Shown: one piece after another, positions 1-12,273 of the stretch
How positions within the stretch are numbered: the first letter of the stretch is position 1
How the letters are laid out: each line of letters starts with the position of its first letter
Assembly (NCBI GenBank): GCA_900088475.1
Contig: FLMG01001299.1
Location: 62,001-126,000, forward strand
Origin: Hyphochytrium catenoides
Taxonomy: Eukaryota; Protista; Hyphochytriomycota
DNA length: 64,000 nucleotides
Direction: 5' to 3'
Notes under the pieces: generated by a model
Told to the model about the DNA's origin: nothing
Databases searched by the model: none
Seen by the model: only the letters and a program-made list of their open reading frames with translations
Made by a program: the position numbers and the translations under genes

Positions 1-669
1 AATGTAAACGCTTTCGTGTGCTCTTCTGGCTCTTTTGTTTGGCTCTGTCTGTCCATGAGTCGCGCATGGTTGGCTCAGCCTTCTCTTTACGTCCGGAATA
101 GCCTTTGCGACAGCAATAGACTGTAGTCTTCTCTTCATAGAACCAGGGGTAGCGTACTCTCCCCGAGAGCCAGAGGAGTTATAGAGGCTCTCTTCGAGTC
201 GTCGTGCAACGACAGGGAGACGAGTGAGAGCTTGCAGGTCCGAGCAAGGCGTGTTACTGCGCATTAAGGTCAATATGCGCGTCCTCATCATCCGCCTTAC
301 GGGCCCATCTGAGAAGGAGTGCCAAGCCTGCGGATGGTCTATAGGATTAGGCCCTTGAGTAGAATAGAGAACAGGGGAAGAGAAGGAAGATGAAGAAGGG
401 AGAGAGACGCGAAGACGGTCATCGCGTTCACTGCCGATTGCTCTTCCTCCCGTGCGCGGCTGTAAGAGTGAGAAAGGTCTAGCATCGCCTTTCACTCCCC
501 CTTGCGTCTCTCCGTGCATAGTAGTAGTAAGAGTCGACAAAAGAGTGGCAGGGCCGCCAGCAGGTAACCTTCTTTCCTCAGCCAGCCCACTGTCAGAGGA
601 CAGAGGGACGAGCTTTACGCGAAAATGATGGCTTCTGGGGCTGGAGATGCTGTCTTCGGACGAGCTCAT
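1..669 (-). CDS. KIX-like domain protein (plant HAC/MED15-type KIX), 3' end runs off the window
   Basis: Stop-free minus-strand frame from ATG 669 to position 1, absent from the ORF track because it is open at the edge. 327->1 reads AWHSFSDGPVRRMMRTRILTLMRSNTPCSDLQALTRLPVVARRLEESLYNSSGSRGEYATPGSMKRRLQSIA, matching the KIX-like pattern W..D...R..M...I....LP..ARRLEE.LY....S..EY......RRLQ. Upstream exons are possible. Confidence 0.6.
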   Translation of the reverse strand, partial: MSSSEDSISSPRSHHFRVKLVPLSSDSGLAEERRLPAGGPATLLSTLTTTMHGETQGGVKGDARPFSLLQPRTGGRAIGSERDDRLRVSLPSSSSFSSPVLYSTQGPNPIDHPQAWHSFSDGPVRRMMRTRILTLMRSNTPCSDLQALTRLPVVARRLEESLYNSSGSRGEYATPGSMKRRLQSIAVAKAIPDVKRRLSQPCATHGQTEPNKRARRAHESVYI

Positions 670-1491
670 GGCTTGGCAGTGCGTAGGTTCTCTGGTCTCT
701 CTCAGTCCTCCAATACACAGATACCCAAGGTACCCAGTTAATCCCGTGAGAGAACAGAGACTAAGGAAGTGATGGTAAGATCCTGTTGTGCGCCTAAAAG
801 ATATCAAGATCTCATGGGCCTAAGAGACACAATAGTGCCGCATATCTACTGCGGACCAGTGGTGTGAGTCTTTGTACCTGCGACTTACAGAAGAGAGACG
901 CGATGGTTATCCTTTCTTCCGTCCCGACAGAGCTAGCCCATGCCGGATAGGATATAGAGGACACAAGTCTTTAGAGAGCTGGCACCGCGATCGTCAGTAA
1001 AACAGACAGAATTGCCAGCTAAGAGAAGGGGATAGAGGAAGGAAAAGAGAGGGAGAGAGACAAAGAGAAAGGAAAAGAGAAAAAGGTAAGAGCAGCAGGA
1101 GAGGCTGAAGAATGCTATAGAAACAGAAAGCGGGCGACAGGGACAGGCGTCCAGAGAGAAGGAGTGCTGATGTAAGAAGGGTGATGACGACACGAATCCG
1201 AGTCGTTGCTCTAAGGTAACATGTGAAGCAGCGGAGAGAGAGAAAGAGAGCGATCGGCGTGCTGCTCCTTAAGAACAACAAGCTGAGTTGATGAGCTGAT
1301 GGTGGTGCGTGTCCTGCCAGCAAGCGGCGTCCGCCCAACAACTTCCACGGGAAGAGGTTGTTCTCTCTCGCTTCACGATAAAAGAGGAGCATCCAGCAGA
1401 CAACACCAGGTTACGACATGAGAAAGAGACATTGCACAGAGACGGAGACACAGAGACAGAGACACAGAGACAGCAAGAGAGAGAGACGACG

Positions 1492-1493
<2 letters not shown>

Positions 1494-1535
<42 letters not shown>
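1494..1535. repeat. (GA)n microsatellite
   Basis: Perfect GA dinucleotide run, preceded by degenerate GAGACA repeats from about 1420. Confidence 0.95.
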
Positions 1536-1538
<3 letters not shown>

Positions 1539-3632
1539 TAGCTAGTTTGCAGGGTTTGGATAACTGAGGAGAAAGAGAGGAAGAGGAAGAAATCCAGAAA
1601 GAACTGCAGAAAGAGCTTTTGGAGTCAATGGCAAGAAGAGACCCTATCAACTAGCGAGACAGAAAGAGGGAGATCATACTTAATAGATACATGGAGGGAG
1701 GAGAGATATGGATGGGATCTCTTCTGAGAGCCTGTCGCGCTGGCTCAGAGAAATAGAGTTAGGTGATGTGATGCACGGCGGGTGGCGCAAGTGCGAGTGC
1801 GAGAGATATTCGGAGAATCCTCAGTCAAACTCAGCGATTCAGCCAAATACAGGCTGACTGCATAAGGCGGTTAATGTATAGAGTTAGAAGCGATCTTTTG
1901 GTGAGTCTTAATAGGGGCTTGCGGTTGACTATCAGGAGAGGTTTGATCTGGCATCTATGTCAGTCAGGAATATTATCAGGTAGATAGGTGAGAACCGACT
2001 CTGACCTATGTTTTGTGACGTTGTGAAGGGAACACCTTTCATGCCCTGGGAATGCGGTCAACGATTAGGTACATATTGCGTGGTAGGCAGCCTTCAGGCT
2101 CCCCAATCGGCGAAGGATAAGGTGAGAAAGAAGAGTTGAAGTTGGCTTCCTGCTGGAGCACCTTCTGTGGCCCAGGCTGCTGTCACATAAATCACGCGCC
2201 TCTTGCCTACCCATCCCGTAAAGACGGGCATACCAAAGTCCGTACAGCGGTGGGTGGGTCTACAGGCGAAGAGGCTGACATACCCCCAATACCGTTTATG
2301 TCACAACACGAGAGGGGACTGAAACAAACGTATTTCTTCAATAGAGGTTTTGAAATAAACGCAAATGGTGCCTTTCACGTTTTTAAAGTACTGGGAACTG
2401 TTGAAGGCTGCTTGCTCTATGCTTGAAATATTGAAACCTTCAAGGCATCGTATATCCAGTCTCTTTGTCGCTCTTGTTGACCTGTCGCACCTAAATAACC
2501 TTCAGCAGTAGGAATGGGCGGGTAGGCCCTTCATCTTCGAGGACATTAGACAAGGATGGGTGGTCACTGTAAAGTGAGAAGGCGTTGCATACGCCACAAA
2601 AGGCAGGCACCAAGCATGAAGTGTGCCTCCTTATTAGCATGTGGCCGCTAACGGACTTTTCATCTCTCTCTTTTACAAGGGCCAACATAATAAGCTGGAT
2701 GGAGGACTCTCTGTCTCTGTCTATGACCGTTTAGCCAAGTTTGCCTACCTTTGCTAACTCTACTCTATATCTGCTCATGGCCCGAATCCGCTCCGTTCCT
2801 AACCCCAAATTCGGAGAGCATACTAACTTTGGTAATAAGAAAGATATCCTCATTAGGGAAAACCCCTGGAAGATCGACCGTCCCAATAGTAGGAGAGAAA
2901 CTGCACTAATCTCGTAAATTAGAACTATTCTAGGAAGGTCGTTACTCTGGACCTGTAGCGGACAGGCACGGGAGGAGTGAGAAGAAGAGGAAGCTGCTTG
3001 CCTTGGGCGCCTAGCGACGGCCTCGTCTTCTCTTCTCCGCCTCCTGGGGCGCGGCGCCGCTACCTCCTCCAACACCGCCAACACCAGAGAGACGGATTGA
3101 TACTGGACGAGGCTGGGCTCGATCTCAGTCATAAGGTCTCTAGTAGAGGAAAAGTAGCAAAAAGTAGTGGTGAAGAAAGGACTACAGGCGAGCAGATCGT
3201 AGATGGTGCAGAGGTTGCAGCCAGGGCCTCAGCTGCTTACCGTCACGTCTCCAATTCATCCTCCTACTTCCCTCTACTCCTTTCTTATTGTCAAGTCCGC
3301 GGGTCCCGGTTGCGACCCTGGAGTCCGTCATAGTGTTGTCGGCTCTTTCATCTGTACCTAGCAGTCGCACGGCCTGACATTTAGTAGTAGTTTACTAGGT
3401 TTGCCTCCTGCTGCCCATTACGTGTGCTCACTGCATCTCCTGCTGCCATGGATACCACTATTACCTCTCCTCCCCTGGTAAAGGACTCTCACTTTGAAGA
3501 CAGCGAAACAAGCCTCCAGTGTGTCTGGATATTCGTTCTAAGATATCTGTCAATGGGCCGGACGGGACGAACGCTAATAACCAGTTGTTGCAATATTCCT
3601 TTGGTTAATAAGCACCATAGCCTAGCTTCACA

Positions 3633-6600
3633 CTATCGTTCAGTTGCTGTCGCACCGCCATCGTGCCCTTTCTCTTTGTCTGCGGTGCGCTGTAGACTGA
3701 CCTGGAAATCAGGCAACTGCTCATAGTCATAACTGCCTGAGGGGGCACCGTCCTCACTTTGCTGTCCGTCCAAAGATGGCCTGGATTTGTCGTATGAGCT
3801 CGTCTCGCTGTCTTCTAGAGAGAGAATGCTACTTAGCCTTTTTGTTAGGGGCATCTGCAGACAAAGGCAAAGTTAGAATTAAGGTCCAGTGAGGAGAGAA
3901 GAAGCCAACCAGTGAGCAGAGCGGATTAGGTCGTACATAGCAACATCAAGGACCGGAGTTAAGAACGTGTAAGGCACTAAGGTATAAGGCGATGCTGGCA
4001 TCTGCAAGACCCCGATAAACTCAGTACCAAGTTGACCAGTGTTAGCTCTGTGAAGTGAGAGTTGGGGTGACGCATGAATCAAACCAGAAAGAGAATTGCA
4101 AGGAAGAGAATAAGGACGACAAACCTCCCACAACTCAATGGAAAAACAAGACGCTCCTACCTGGTCAGGCTCAAAGACCATGATCTTTCGTGTTGCCCAC
4201 TGTATATCGGTTGTTCTCTGAACCGTTGTCATCCAGACGTAAGGTACAAAGAAGCCCTCGGGGTTCTCCTCCTCCTCATATTTATATTCCGTCGAGCCAC
4301 GGCGAATTTTCTAAGGGAGAGCGACATCAGTGAACCCTAGTCCATCTTCTCACAAGGAACTGCTCCCAACTCAAATAACGTCAATTCTAGTTATTAAAAC
4401 CTGCTTCCCCCGTACTCTCCGGCCCCAGATCACCTCTGAAGTTTTTATAAATATGATTAGTCGTGGATGGCTAGCGTCTCTCCTCTGAACGCTATCCTGC
4501 TGTCAAGGTTCCAGAAGAGTCTCAAGATAAGCGTCTCCACTGTGCGCCTAAGCTCTTACCTCTGAAATACCGCTCCCAACTAGCAGGCTTTTGGAGCCTG
4601 CAACGATAACCTTTGTCACATCTTCCACTGTCGCGTTATCCGGTAGTTTCTCGACATCACTCTGGAAGTGTTGTATCACCTACAATCAGCCCAGCACCAA
4701 TTAGCGTTGGATGGTTCGCTGAAGGTTGAAGCTAAGCTGTTTACCTGAAGGATTTTGTCCACGAAAGGCTTGAGACGTTCCAAAGCCTCAAGCTTCTTGA
4801 AGAGGGACTCCCCATGCAGCAGAGCGTATACCTAACTTGGCAGCAAGAGGCAGAACGTCATAAAGGGACGACGCTTTTAGTGAAGGCTTCCTCCGTAGCT
4901 ATGTGGAGGTGGAGCAGTAGACTTCTCTCTANNNNNNNNNNNNNNNNNNNNNNNNNNNNNNNNNNNNNNNNNNNNNNNNNNNNGTTGTCTGTAGGGTTTA
5001 GCGTGGCATTGTTAGCAGCTGAAGGGAAGCCACCTACCAAGTGCGGGTTGTTCTGCAGCAGACTGTAGTTCATACAGACATTAAGAAACTCTAGCATAAG
5101 GCGAAGAAACTCATTGTACGCTTCGTATGTCGGCAGTCTCTGCCAGATACGCCAAAGGCGATGGCAGGATAATTAGAAGGAAAAGACATAGGAGCAGATG
5201 TTAGGAAGGGCAGAGCGCTAGAAAATTGCAAGGAGGGATGAGCTAGCTTTATGTCAGTAGCTAATACCAAGCCGCAAAATTCTCGAGAAGGGGAGGAGTT
5301 TCAAAGGGCCCGAAGGTCGTTAATCTTTACAACGATGCCAAGCTTAGGCTTAAGCCAACCAGCCAACAGATAGGGAAGATATATTTACAAAAGGGAGCGA
5401 GAAAGCTGGACCTACAATGTCGCTCTTGTCCTCGCCTCTCGGAGGGTCAGAGAGCAGATCTTCATGTAGGCGCAGTAGCTTCTTCGCGAGGAGCTCGGTA
5501 GCGCCGACCACCTTTTGAGCTGTATAAGGATGGAAGCCCTCAGCATGCGGGGCTAGGTTCGACAGCGCGGCAAAGCAGTTGAGGTGGATATAAGAATCCT
5601 GAAAGGCATCGGGTCGAGAGATTTGTGAGATGAGAGACTTGTGGCAGAGAGGGTGCCACGGCATACGGCGCGATTGGCTTCTATACATTCGTGGAACCTC
5701 GTAGGTCGCCTTGTTTCTCTCTATCTTCCCTTCTATCTCTGTCTGTGGGTAAACACAGGTCGCCGTGTGTCTCTCTTTCTCTTTCTCTTTGTCCCTGGGT
5801 AAACACAAAGACCTTCCTTTCCTCATTTTCAGGCGTCTTGTTCAAGGATCGTTCTCACAATACGCCTTCTTTGCTATCCCTTATGCTGCCCTTGGAGTTC
5901 CCACTCTTACGCACCTGAAGCTTCGTAATGTTATATAGAATTACTCTCACTAGGACTATCAGCATCAGACTTCCCAAAGAGATGTTTGTGAGGCGTCGTT
6001 CATGAATCCAGGGAACCTGAGGAAGGATCTGCAAATAACGAGCTGTGAGCCCACCTCTTCCCACGCTGTCTCATTACTTTCCTCTTCTCTGAGGCAATTT
6101 CAACCTTGGTACCCTCCATACTGAGCATCCGACCTCCCGCTATGGTTACCGCATTTAAGGCTAGAAAAGTCTATTTTTAGCCATGTTGTTCCCCTCAAGG
6201 GACAGAATCCCCCCCACTTCACCGTCCCATCCTCTCTGACTCCGTCGATCACGCAGGACAGCGCTCCACCTCACGTCTCTAGTAGGTAAAGCCACGTACA
6301 ATTTTTTGGAAGGACTCCTCTCCAAAGTTGCTTTCTTGTGTGAACGTAAGAAGCAGGATAACAAGAAGGTAGGATTGGGTGGGCCGCAACCTCGCAACTT
6401 GGTAGAGTGAACGAAGGATGGGGACTACCTGCAGCTGAGAGTTAGGAAGCGACGCTTATGGCGACAGGCGACGAGAGACGAATAGCTTCTAAGACGACTG
6501 AGGCCAAAAAAGAAAGGCTGCCGTGTTCTAGATAAAAAAGAACCTGAAGCATGAACATTCAAAGATAGAGAGACAAATGCGCAGCTCGAAGCGAGACAGA

Positions 6601-9269
6601 GAGAAGGAGCTTACCAGCTGCGATGAGTGCTCCAAGGTAGTAATGGTGTGCTTCATAAACAAAGAGTTGCCATACATGAGCGTGTAAAGGAGAAGAACGA
6701 CGTGCTCCGATAGAAGATTCCTAGGGTTCACAGCGAAGCCATCAAAAAGTAAGCTCCCCTTTCCGTTACTCCTGCTTGAGCTACCATGCCCATTGATAAG
6801 AAAATCGCTAAGTTTCCTCTTCCCGTCTACAAGTTTCCCCCTCCTAACGCTGTCAAACGTCGAAGTCTGACGTCAGATAGGTCTAACTACTGCTTACTTC
6901 GCGATGCCCTCAGTGAGCTCTGGGAAGGAAATGGGAATCGCCCCGCCTTGAGGATAGAGGACCGCCAACTGGTCAGCGGTGACTGCAAGAGAAGTGCAGT
7001 AGCGGGGAATTATCAGAGATCGAAAGCAAAAAAATCAAAACTAGGTCTCACTTGCCCCTTTACGGTGTCCCTCACACCACAGCTGTCTCCCCTTACCTTT
7101 ACTATCAACTAGTCGGCCCATGGCCTCCCTGTAGGGGTTCAAAGCTGGAGCTCTGTTGCAGAAGAGAACACGTTAGGAGTTACGGCGGATAGAACAGCCA
7201 GGGAGCTGATTGGGCGCGAAAAGCAGAAGGAGGCAAGGAGAACGAGAGAGAAGATGGACCAGACAATAGGGAAGACGAAGGGAGAAGGTCCGGAATCCTC
7301 GGCAGCGCACCTATTATTGTGTGTGAGAATCAAGAAGAGAAGCACACATCTATCTGCCAGAGGGCATGCCTGCCTTGAAACAGGAAAGAAGTAACTGTAC
7401 ACCTGCCATGGGAAGAGGAAGACGGAGGCTAGAGACCTAATGTCAGCTAAAGAAGATCACATAATGTGGACGAATATTAGCAAGGTTAAAGCGGCTGAGA
7501 TGATCACGAATGGATGGAACTCCAAAAAACTCAGAGTGAGGAGAAATTAGTTAGAAACTTCTTTACTAGAGCATTCTCAGGATGAAAGCAGAGAAAACGG
7601 CACTTTAGGAGGAAGAGAACGGTAACGAAGTAGCGACACTCTTACTTGCCACCGTTTTCCCTCCTTGCTCTTCACCCTTTTCCTTTTCGGCATCATAATC
7701 TATATTTAGGGAAGCATTGGCCGCCTCTGTCGCCTCCATCACATCTGGCATTGTCTGACTGTTCGGGCTAACTTGCTCCAAGTACCGGAGCAGGAGGTTG
7801 CGGACCTAAACGAAGTGAAGAGGACCAAAGGAAACTTTATTGGTCTGCGACGAACTTTCTATCAACGAGCTGTAACGGTTCTGAATCAAGGGAGTACACA
7901 TTAACAAGCTTTAGGTCGAAGGGAGCGGAGCAAACGATGAGCAAGGCAAAGAAGTCCGGGAGGAGAGTTTAGCAAAGAGTAGGCACTCCCAAAGAGTAGG
8001 CACTCGTACCACGTGCTCTCCAATCGATGTGGACTTTCCCTCTTCCAAATGTTCCCTACCAATGGCCATTAGAATGTCAAGGAAGCGATTGTCAGAAGTT
8101 GGCTGCGGAGTGCCATCTCCGGCAATGGTATTCTTGTCCAAAGGCTGAAAGAGCTGCGTGGAGAGAAGAACCAGGAGCGTGTTGACAGCTTCTAAGTGAA
8201 GATCGTAGTATGTGCCCTCTGGTTGTGTATGAATAAGTATCGCCAGTAGAGCTCGGACCAGCTCTGTGCATATATCTCCTACATGTTCGCGCAGGGCCAA
8301 GCGGGTGTCACAGAGATCAGTTGGAGGGAAACTCAAGAGAAACTCGCCGCCACGCCAGGAAGGCGAAGAGAAGGAGAAATGCGTATTATAGCCCATAGTA
8401 TGGAATGAAAGACTGCAAAATCGCATTCAATTTGCTGAGATGGAGAGAGAAATGGAATCTTAGCTACGACGAGTTACTGCTCAGAGTAAAGGAAACCCCA
8501 TTACCTGAAGGTGTTGAAGGCGCTAGAAGCCAGGGGTCAGGAGGAGAGTTGCAGCAGCCCCGTGGCAGATAGTAGAAGTAAGACGAGACCAAGGGTTAGC
8601 CATTCACAAGGTCTTTCTTCCCTCTGCTCTGACTCTTCTATTCTATTTTACTCTCTCCGCATACTTATACTAAGAAAATCGTCCTATTGGCACTGGCGGC
8701 CAAACCTTGAACGAACGATTGCTCTGTCTTTTCCTGGTCTTACCCACCTGGAGGCCCCGGAGAGCAATGCTTGAGCAGCTCCTGTGGCCCAAACTCTTCA
8801 ATGACATATTTGATAAAGACTCTGGTCAGGAACAATGCGTTAACCAATGGGATCTTAGATTCAGGCTGTCCCACAGGCTTAGACGACTTCACGGCTGCGG
8901 CTGTAGAGCGCTGCAGTACGAGAACGAGATGATGCAGCAGGACACTGAAGTTGTTTGTCATAGCATTGTTGAAGGCTATGGCAGGGAAGTGCATAGAAGT
9001 GACCAAGTTGAGAAAACAGAGTATATATGGAGGAAAAGTATATGTGTGTTCGAGTGAGAGATAGTTTGAACCGAAAGAGGACCGAGAGAGAGACACAGAC
9101 AGAGAGACCGAGAGAGAGAGCAGAGAGATAGCAGAGACAGGGACAGAGGAAGGAAGAGAGAGGAAGGAAGAGAGAGAGAGACAGAGGAGAGACAGGGGAG
9201 AGACAGAGGAAGGAAAAGAGAGAGAGAGGAAGGATGAGAGAGAGAGACAGAGGAGAGACAGAAGAAGGA

Positions 9270-9341
<72 letters not shown>

Positions 9342-9786
9342 AGAGAGTGGAAGGGGTTAGGGCGACGGAAGGGCAGGTGGGCAAGGTACACTAGTGAGAT
9401 TGATGCAGATCCGAATGGCTTGAGAACATTGACAAGCCACCGGCGGCAGTGGGAACCTAATGCATGTAGTTTCGCTAGCTTTTCCGAGAAGATAACAGGT
9501 GGGCAGAAGAGTAACAAGTACGATGAAGGCGAAATTTTGTAGAGAAAGGAATGACAAAAAGGTGGCCAAGTGGCCGCTTGCCTTACTGACCAAGCTTTTG
9601 GCAAAGATCCTTGGCAGCCAACGTGAAGTTGTGGGGAATAACAGCGTGAAGTGGCTGGCTAAACCCAAAAAGCTTGGACCAGACAGGCTGGTCCGCTGAA
9701 TAGCTCTTCTCTTCACATATGGCGTTCAAAACGGCAAGGTCACCACTCGGAAGGGCCTTGCCCCCGGAAGATGGGACGTTACCCAT
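3633..9786 (-). CDS. DYM: Dymeclin (Golgi-associated, predicted N-myristoylated), multi-exon
   Basis: Starts MGNVPS (myristoylation-type). Spliced exons include LCQKL/AFNNAMTNNFSVLL, LVNALFLTRVFIKYVIE, YYDLHLEAVNTLLVLLSTQLF, PLADRCVLLFLILTH, VPWIHERRLTNISLGSLMLIVLVRVILYNITKLQ/DSYIHLNCFAALSNLAP and the hallmark YKYEEEENPEGFFVPYVW (~4230-4290). Last exon 3854->3633 follows a phase-0 intron. Confidence 0.92.
4932..4983. other. Assembly gap (N run); others at 16162-16189, 16697-16744 and 60600-60656
   Basis: Runs of N in the sequence. The last one abuts a GA microsatellite. Confidence 0.99.
9084..9338. repeat. GA-rich low-complexity tract ending in a perfect (AG)n run, inside dymeclin intron 1
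   Basis: Degenerate GAGACA/GAGGAA units followed by ~60 nt of pure AG. It generates the spurious SLSLSL/ERERER ORFs. Confidence 0.95.
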
Positions 9787-10271
9787 CCTTTTCCAGGGCC
9801 AAATAGATCCTTGAATAACCCCAGAGGGGGGCGATTGCTCTTCACGGTCCTCCCATATGCGGTGTGACCCCTCTCTTAAGCTGCTTCAAAGCTTAATCCT
9901 CAACTGTTGCTAGGTCGGCTTCCTGATGAAAAGTGATGGTAAAGTGAACGCGCAGCACGATCAGGAGCAAGGCGCTGTTGATACGATGCAGAGTCTGCGG
10001 GAAGATTGCTGAGAAATCCGAGACTCTTTTCTAAATCGTACAGCTGTACAGCATAAGACATCCAAAACAGAGACGGGCTAATGCCCCTTTCCTTCACCTC
10101 AGAAACCGATGATGGAGTTTTATGCATCAGGCATCGAAGAGTTAAACGCCAAAAGGGGGCTTAGGCACCGGCAAGGATCTCGGTTAGCGGTCACCTTTTG
10201 CTATTTGTGACAGACGCAATATTTACAAGGCTAATCAAGGAAATAGCCTCTGTCATCAGGAATAGTATTAG

Positions 10272-10291
10272 CCAATCAGAATCTGCCAACG
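10272..10291 (+). promoter_or_regulatory. CCAAT box / ERSE-like element in the divergent dymeclin-bZIP promoter
   Basis: CCAAT-cagaatctg-CCAACG, i.e. CCAAT-N9-CCAACG versus canonical ERSE CCAAT-N9-CCACG. Imperfect match. Confidence 0.3.
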
Positions 10292-10686
10292 GGGAATGCG
10301 TCAAATGATTGACCAGGTGAGCTACCATTCCGGACTTTTCGATTCCGACATTCCGAGATGAGCATTACAAAAAGGTAGTTCAGTCCGAAATATGACTCTC
10401 ACAACCAGTATGTCAGTAATATTACCTTTGATAATTGTGAAGAAGCACGTCGCTGTGCTAACCCAATAATAGTACGCCTTCCCTATAGAGAAAACTTTCT
10501 TCCACCCTCCTCGAGACGTCATTGCCCAGTATTCGCAATGACAAATCTCTGTAAAACGTGTCTGCGAATGATCTTCATCTCACTTATCAAGAGACAAAGC
10601 AGAGCGCAGGCAGGGTAGACGGCAGAGAGACCATAGTAAGAGGAACTAGACAGAATAGACTTGAAGGTCTTTCGTTGACGTCTACG

Positions 10687-11880
10687 ATGAGAGTCGAAGA
10701 GGATGGCGTCCTCAGCCTCGATCAGGAGGAAGCCTTGGCAGTCTTTCGGGATTTTGACTTTGACAAGGCTGCACCTTTCCCAATTCTAGAAGACGAGCTG
10801 TACTCAAGCTCGTCTCCTGCCCCGTCGTCCTCTGCATCCACTGACGGAGATGCCATTAGTCTTGAAGACGAAAGCCTTGTCAACACGCCTCTCAGTAGTA
10901 TGGAGGATCAGGAGATCCTGGACGACATCCGTCTTGGGGAAGATCTCACCCTTATGTTGGAGGACGCACCTGCAGCCTTTACAGCCCCGTCGACAACACC
11001 CGTGGCGGTTCCGCAGCCGGGCCTCTGTGTCGCAGCGGTTTCAACTCCTCAGGCTCAGGGCTTAGAAGCTTACGCATTTGAGGGTGTCTCGCAAGCTGTA
11101 CCCATACCTCTACATTATGAAGAGGTAGTGACAACCACATCTGTCCCCAAGCGGCAACTGCAAGAGCCGTCCACGCCATCTGCAGCAGAAATCAAGAGAT
11201 TGAAGAGAGATATCCGCCTAATGAAGAACAGAGAGAGTGCCAACCGCTCCCGTATGCGCCGTAAAGAGCTGATGAATGCACTGGAGGACGAAAACAAGGA
11301 GCTCAGACAGAAAATCTCCGAGCTGAACGGCCAGGTGGCTGCATACAAGGCAGAGAGCGAAACTTTGAAACGTCACAACCGGTTGCTGGAGTCTCTCCTG
11401 ACTAGGAACAATAGAATGCCTGCAGTCTCGGAGAGCGAAGTTTCTTCTGCGGTCACATCGCAGAAGGAGACTGCGGTGACGGGGGCGGGCGCTGTTCTCT
11501 TCGCAGTCGTATTCTCGGTATCGCTGTTTTCTCTCTCACCATACCTAGAGGGAGAAGGCGCTGACGGGTCGGTCTTCCCATCACCAATGCGCAGAGGGAG
11601 GGTCCTCCAAGTTATGGACAGCGGTGATTCTGCTGCCTCGTCTGGCCTGATCAGCTCTCTCCCTTGTCTTTCCATCTTGGCCTTCCTCTTTAACTCGGGC
11701 AAGCTGTTCCATTGGTTGACTCGGGGGCTCTTCATCTTTCTTTCGGTACTGTTCGCTTTTTTTGTCCAGGAGAAGCTTAGTTCTTGGGACTTCTTCATGA
11801 GCAAGTGCAGAGACGTCAGGGGAGCATGGAGCCAGAACTCGCAGTTGCCAATGCTTGCGACGAAAGACAAGGCTTCATAG
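10687..11880 (+). CDS. Membrane-tethered bZIP transcription factor (ATF6/CREB3/plant bZIP17-28-like), single exon
   Basis: Acidic N-terminus; basic region KRDIRLMKNRESANRSRMRRKE plus leucine zipper; hydrophobic segment AVLFAVVFSVSLFSL; RRGRVLQ motif; further hydrophobic segments near the C-terminus. First in-frame ATG is 10687 (the ORF track starts at a GTG). Confidence 0.85.
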   Translation: MRVEEDGVLSLDQEEALAVFRDFDFDKAAPFPILEDELYSSSSPAPSSSASTDGDAISLEDESLVNTPLSSMEDQEILDDIRLGEDLTLMLEDAPAAFTAPSTTPVAVPQPGLCVAAVSTPQAQGLEAYAFEGVSQAVPIPLHYEEVVTTTSVPKRQLQEPSTPSAAEIKRLKRDIRLMKNRESANRSRMRRKELMNALEDENKELRQKISELNGQVAAYKAESETLKRHNRLLESLLTRNNRMPAVSESEVSSAVTSQKETAVTGAGAVLFAVVFSVSLFSLSPYLEGEGADGSVFPSPMRRGRVLQVMDSGDSAASSGLISSLPCLSILAFLFNSGKLFHWLTRGLFIFLSVLFAFFVQEKLSSWDFFMSKCRDVRGAWSQNSQLPMLATKDKAS

Positions 11881-12273
11881 TAGAACAGAGAAGTTCCCTC
11901 CTTCGCAGAGGCGTCAAGACGTCTAACGTTATTTATGGTGTTACATGCCCTGTAACATTAATCTTATTTATTTGCTTACTAGAACACATCTTCTCATAAC
12001 AGGTAAAAGTTAGACTTCTCTCTTCGTTAGGGTCATAGATGGACTCTAGGACCAATGCCCTTACCAGGTCGTGCCATACTCTTCCTCACTTGTTGACGTT
12101 CTCCTCCTAATGTAGCTTCATATCCATCAGTCGGTCTACCTTGTCCGCCGAACTGTCCATCTCTCTGCCGCCGTCCATCTCACCCTCTTGCCCATCAGCA
12201 TCCCCTCCGTGCTACCGCACTCATTTTTGAATAGCCTAGGAGTTTCCTCAATCGCGCAAGAGAATGTCTTGGC

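Noticed and set aside
2731-3333. Overlapping 118-133 aa ORFs between the KIX-like gene and dymeclin
   Set aside because: No recognisable motif or consistent splice model; probably non-coding or repeat-derived.
8740-9716. Long SLSLSL/ERERER ORFs (also 933-1650, 13785-14279, 42806-43172)
   Set aside because: Translation artefacts of GA/TC microsatellites in introns and UTRs; only the true dymeclin exon parts are coding.
11415-11500. IRE1-type unconventional intron (XBP1/bZIP60-like) before the bZIP TM segment
   Set aside because: CTGCAG/CTGCGG motifs are present, but I see no closing stems, and their spacings (24 and 27 nt) would not shift the frame.
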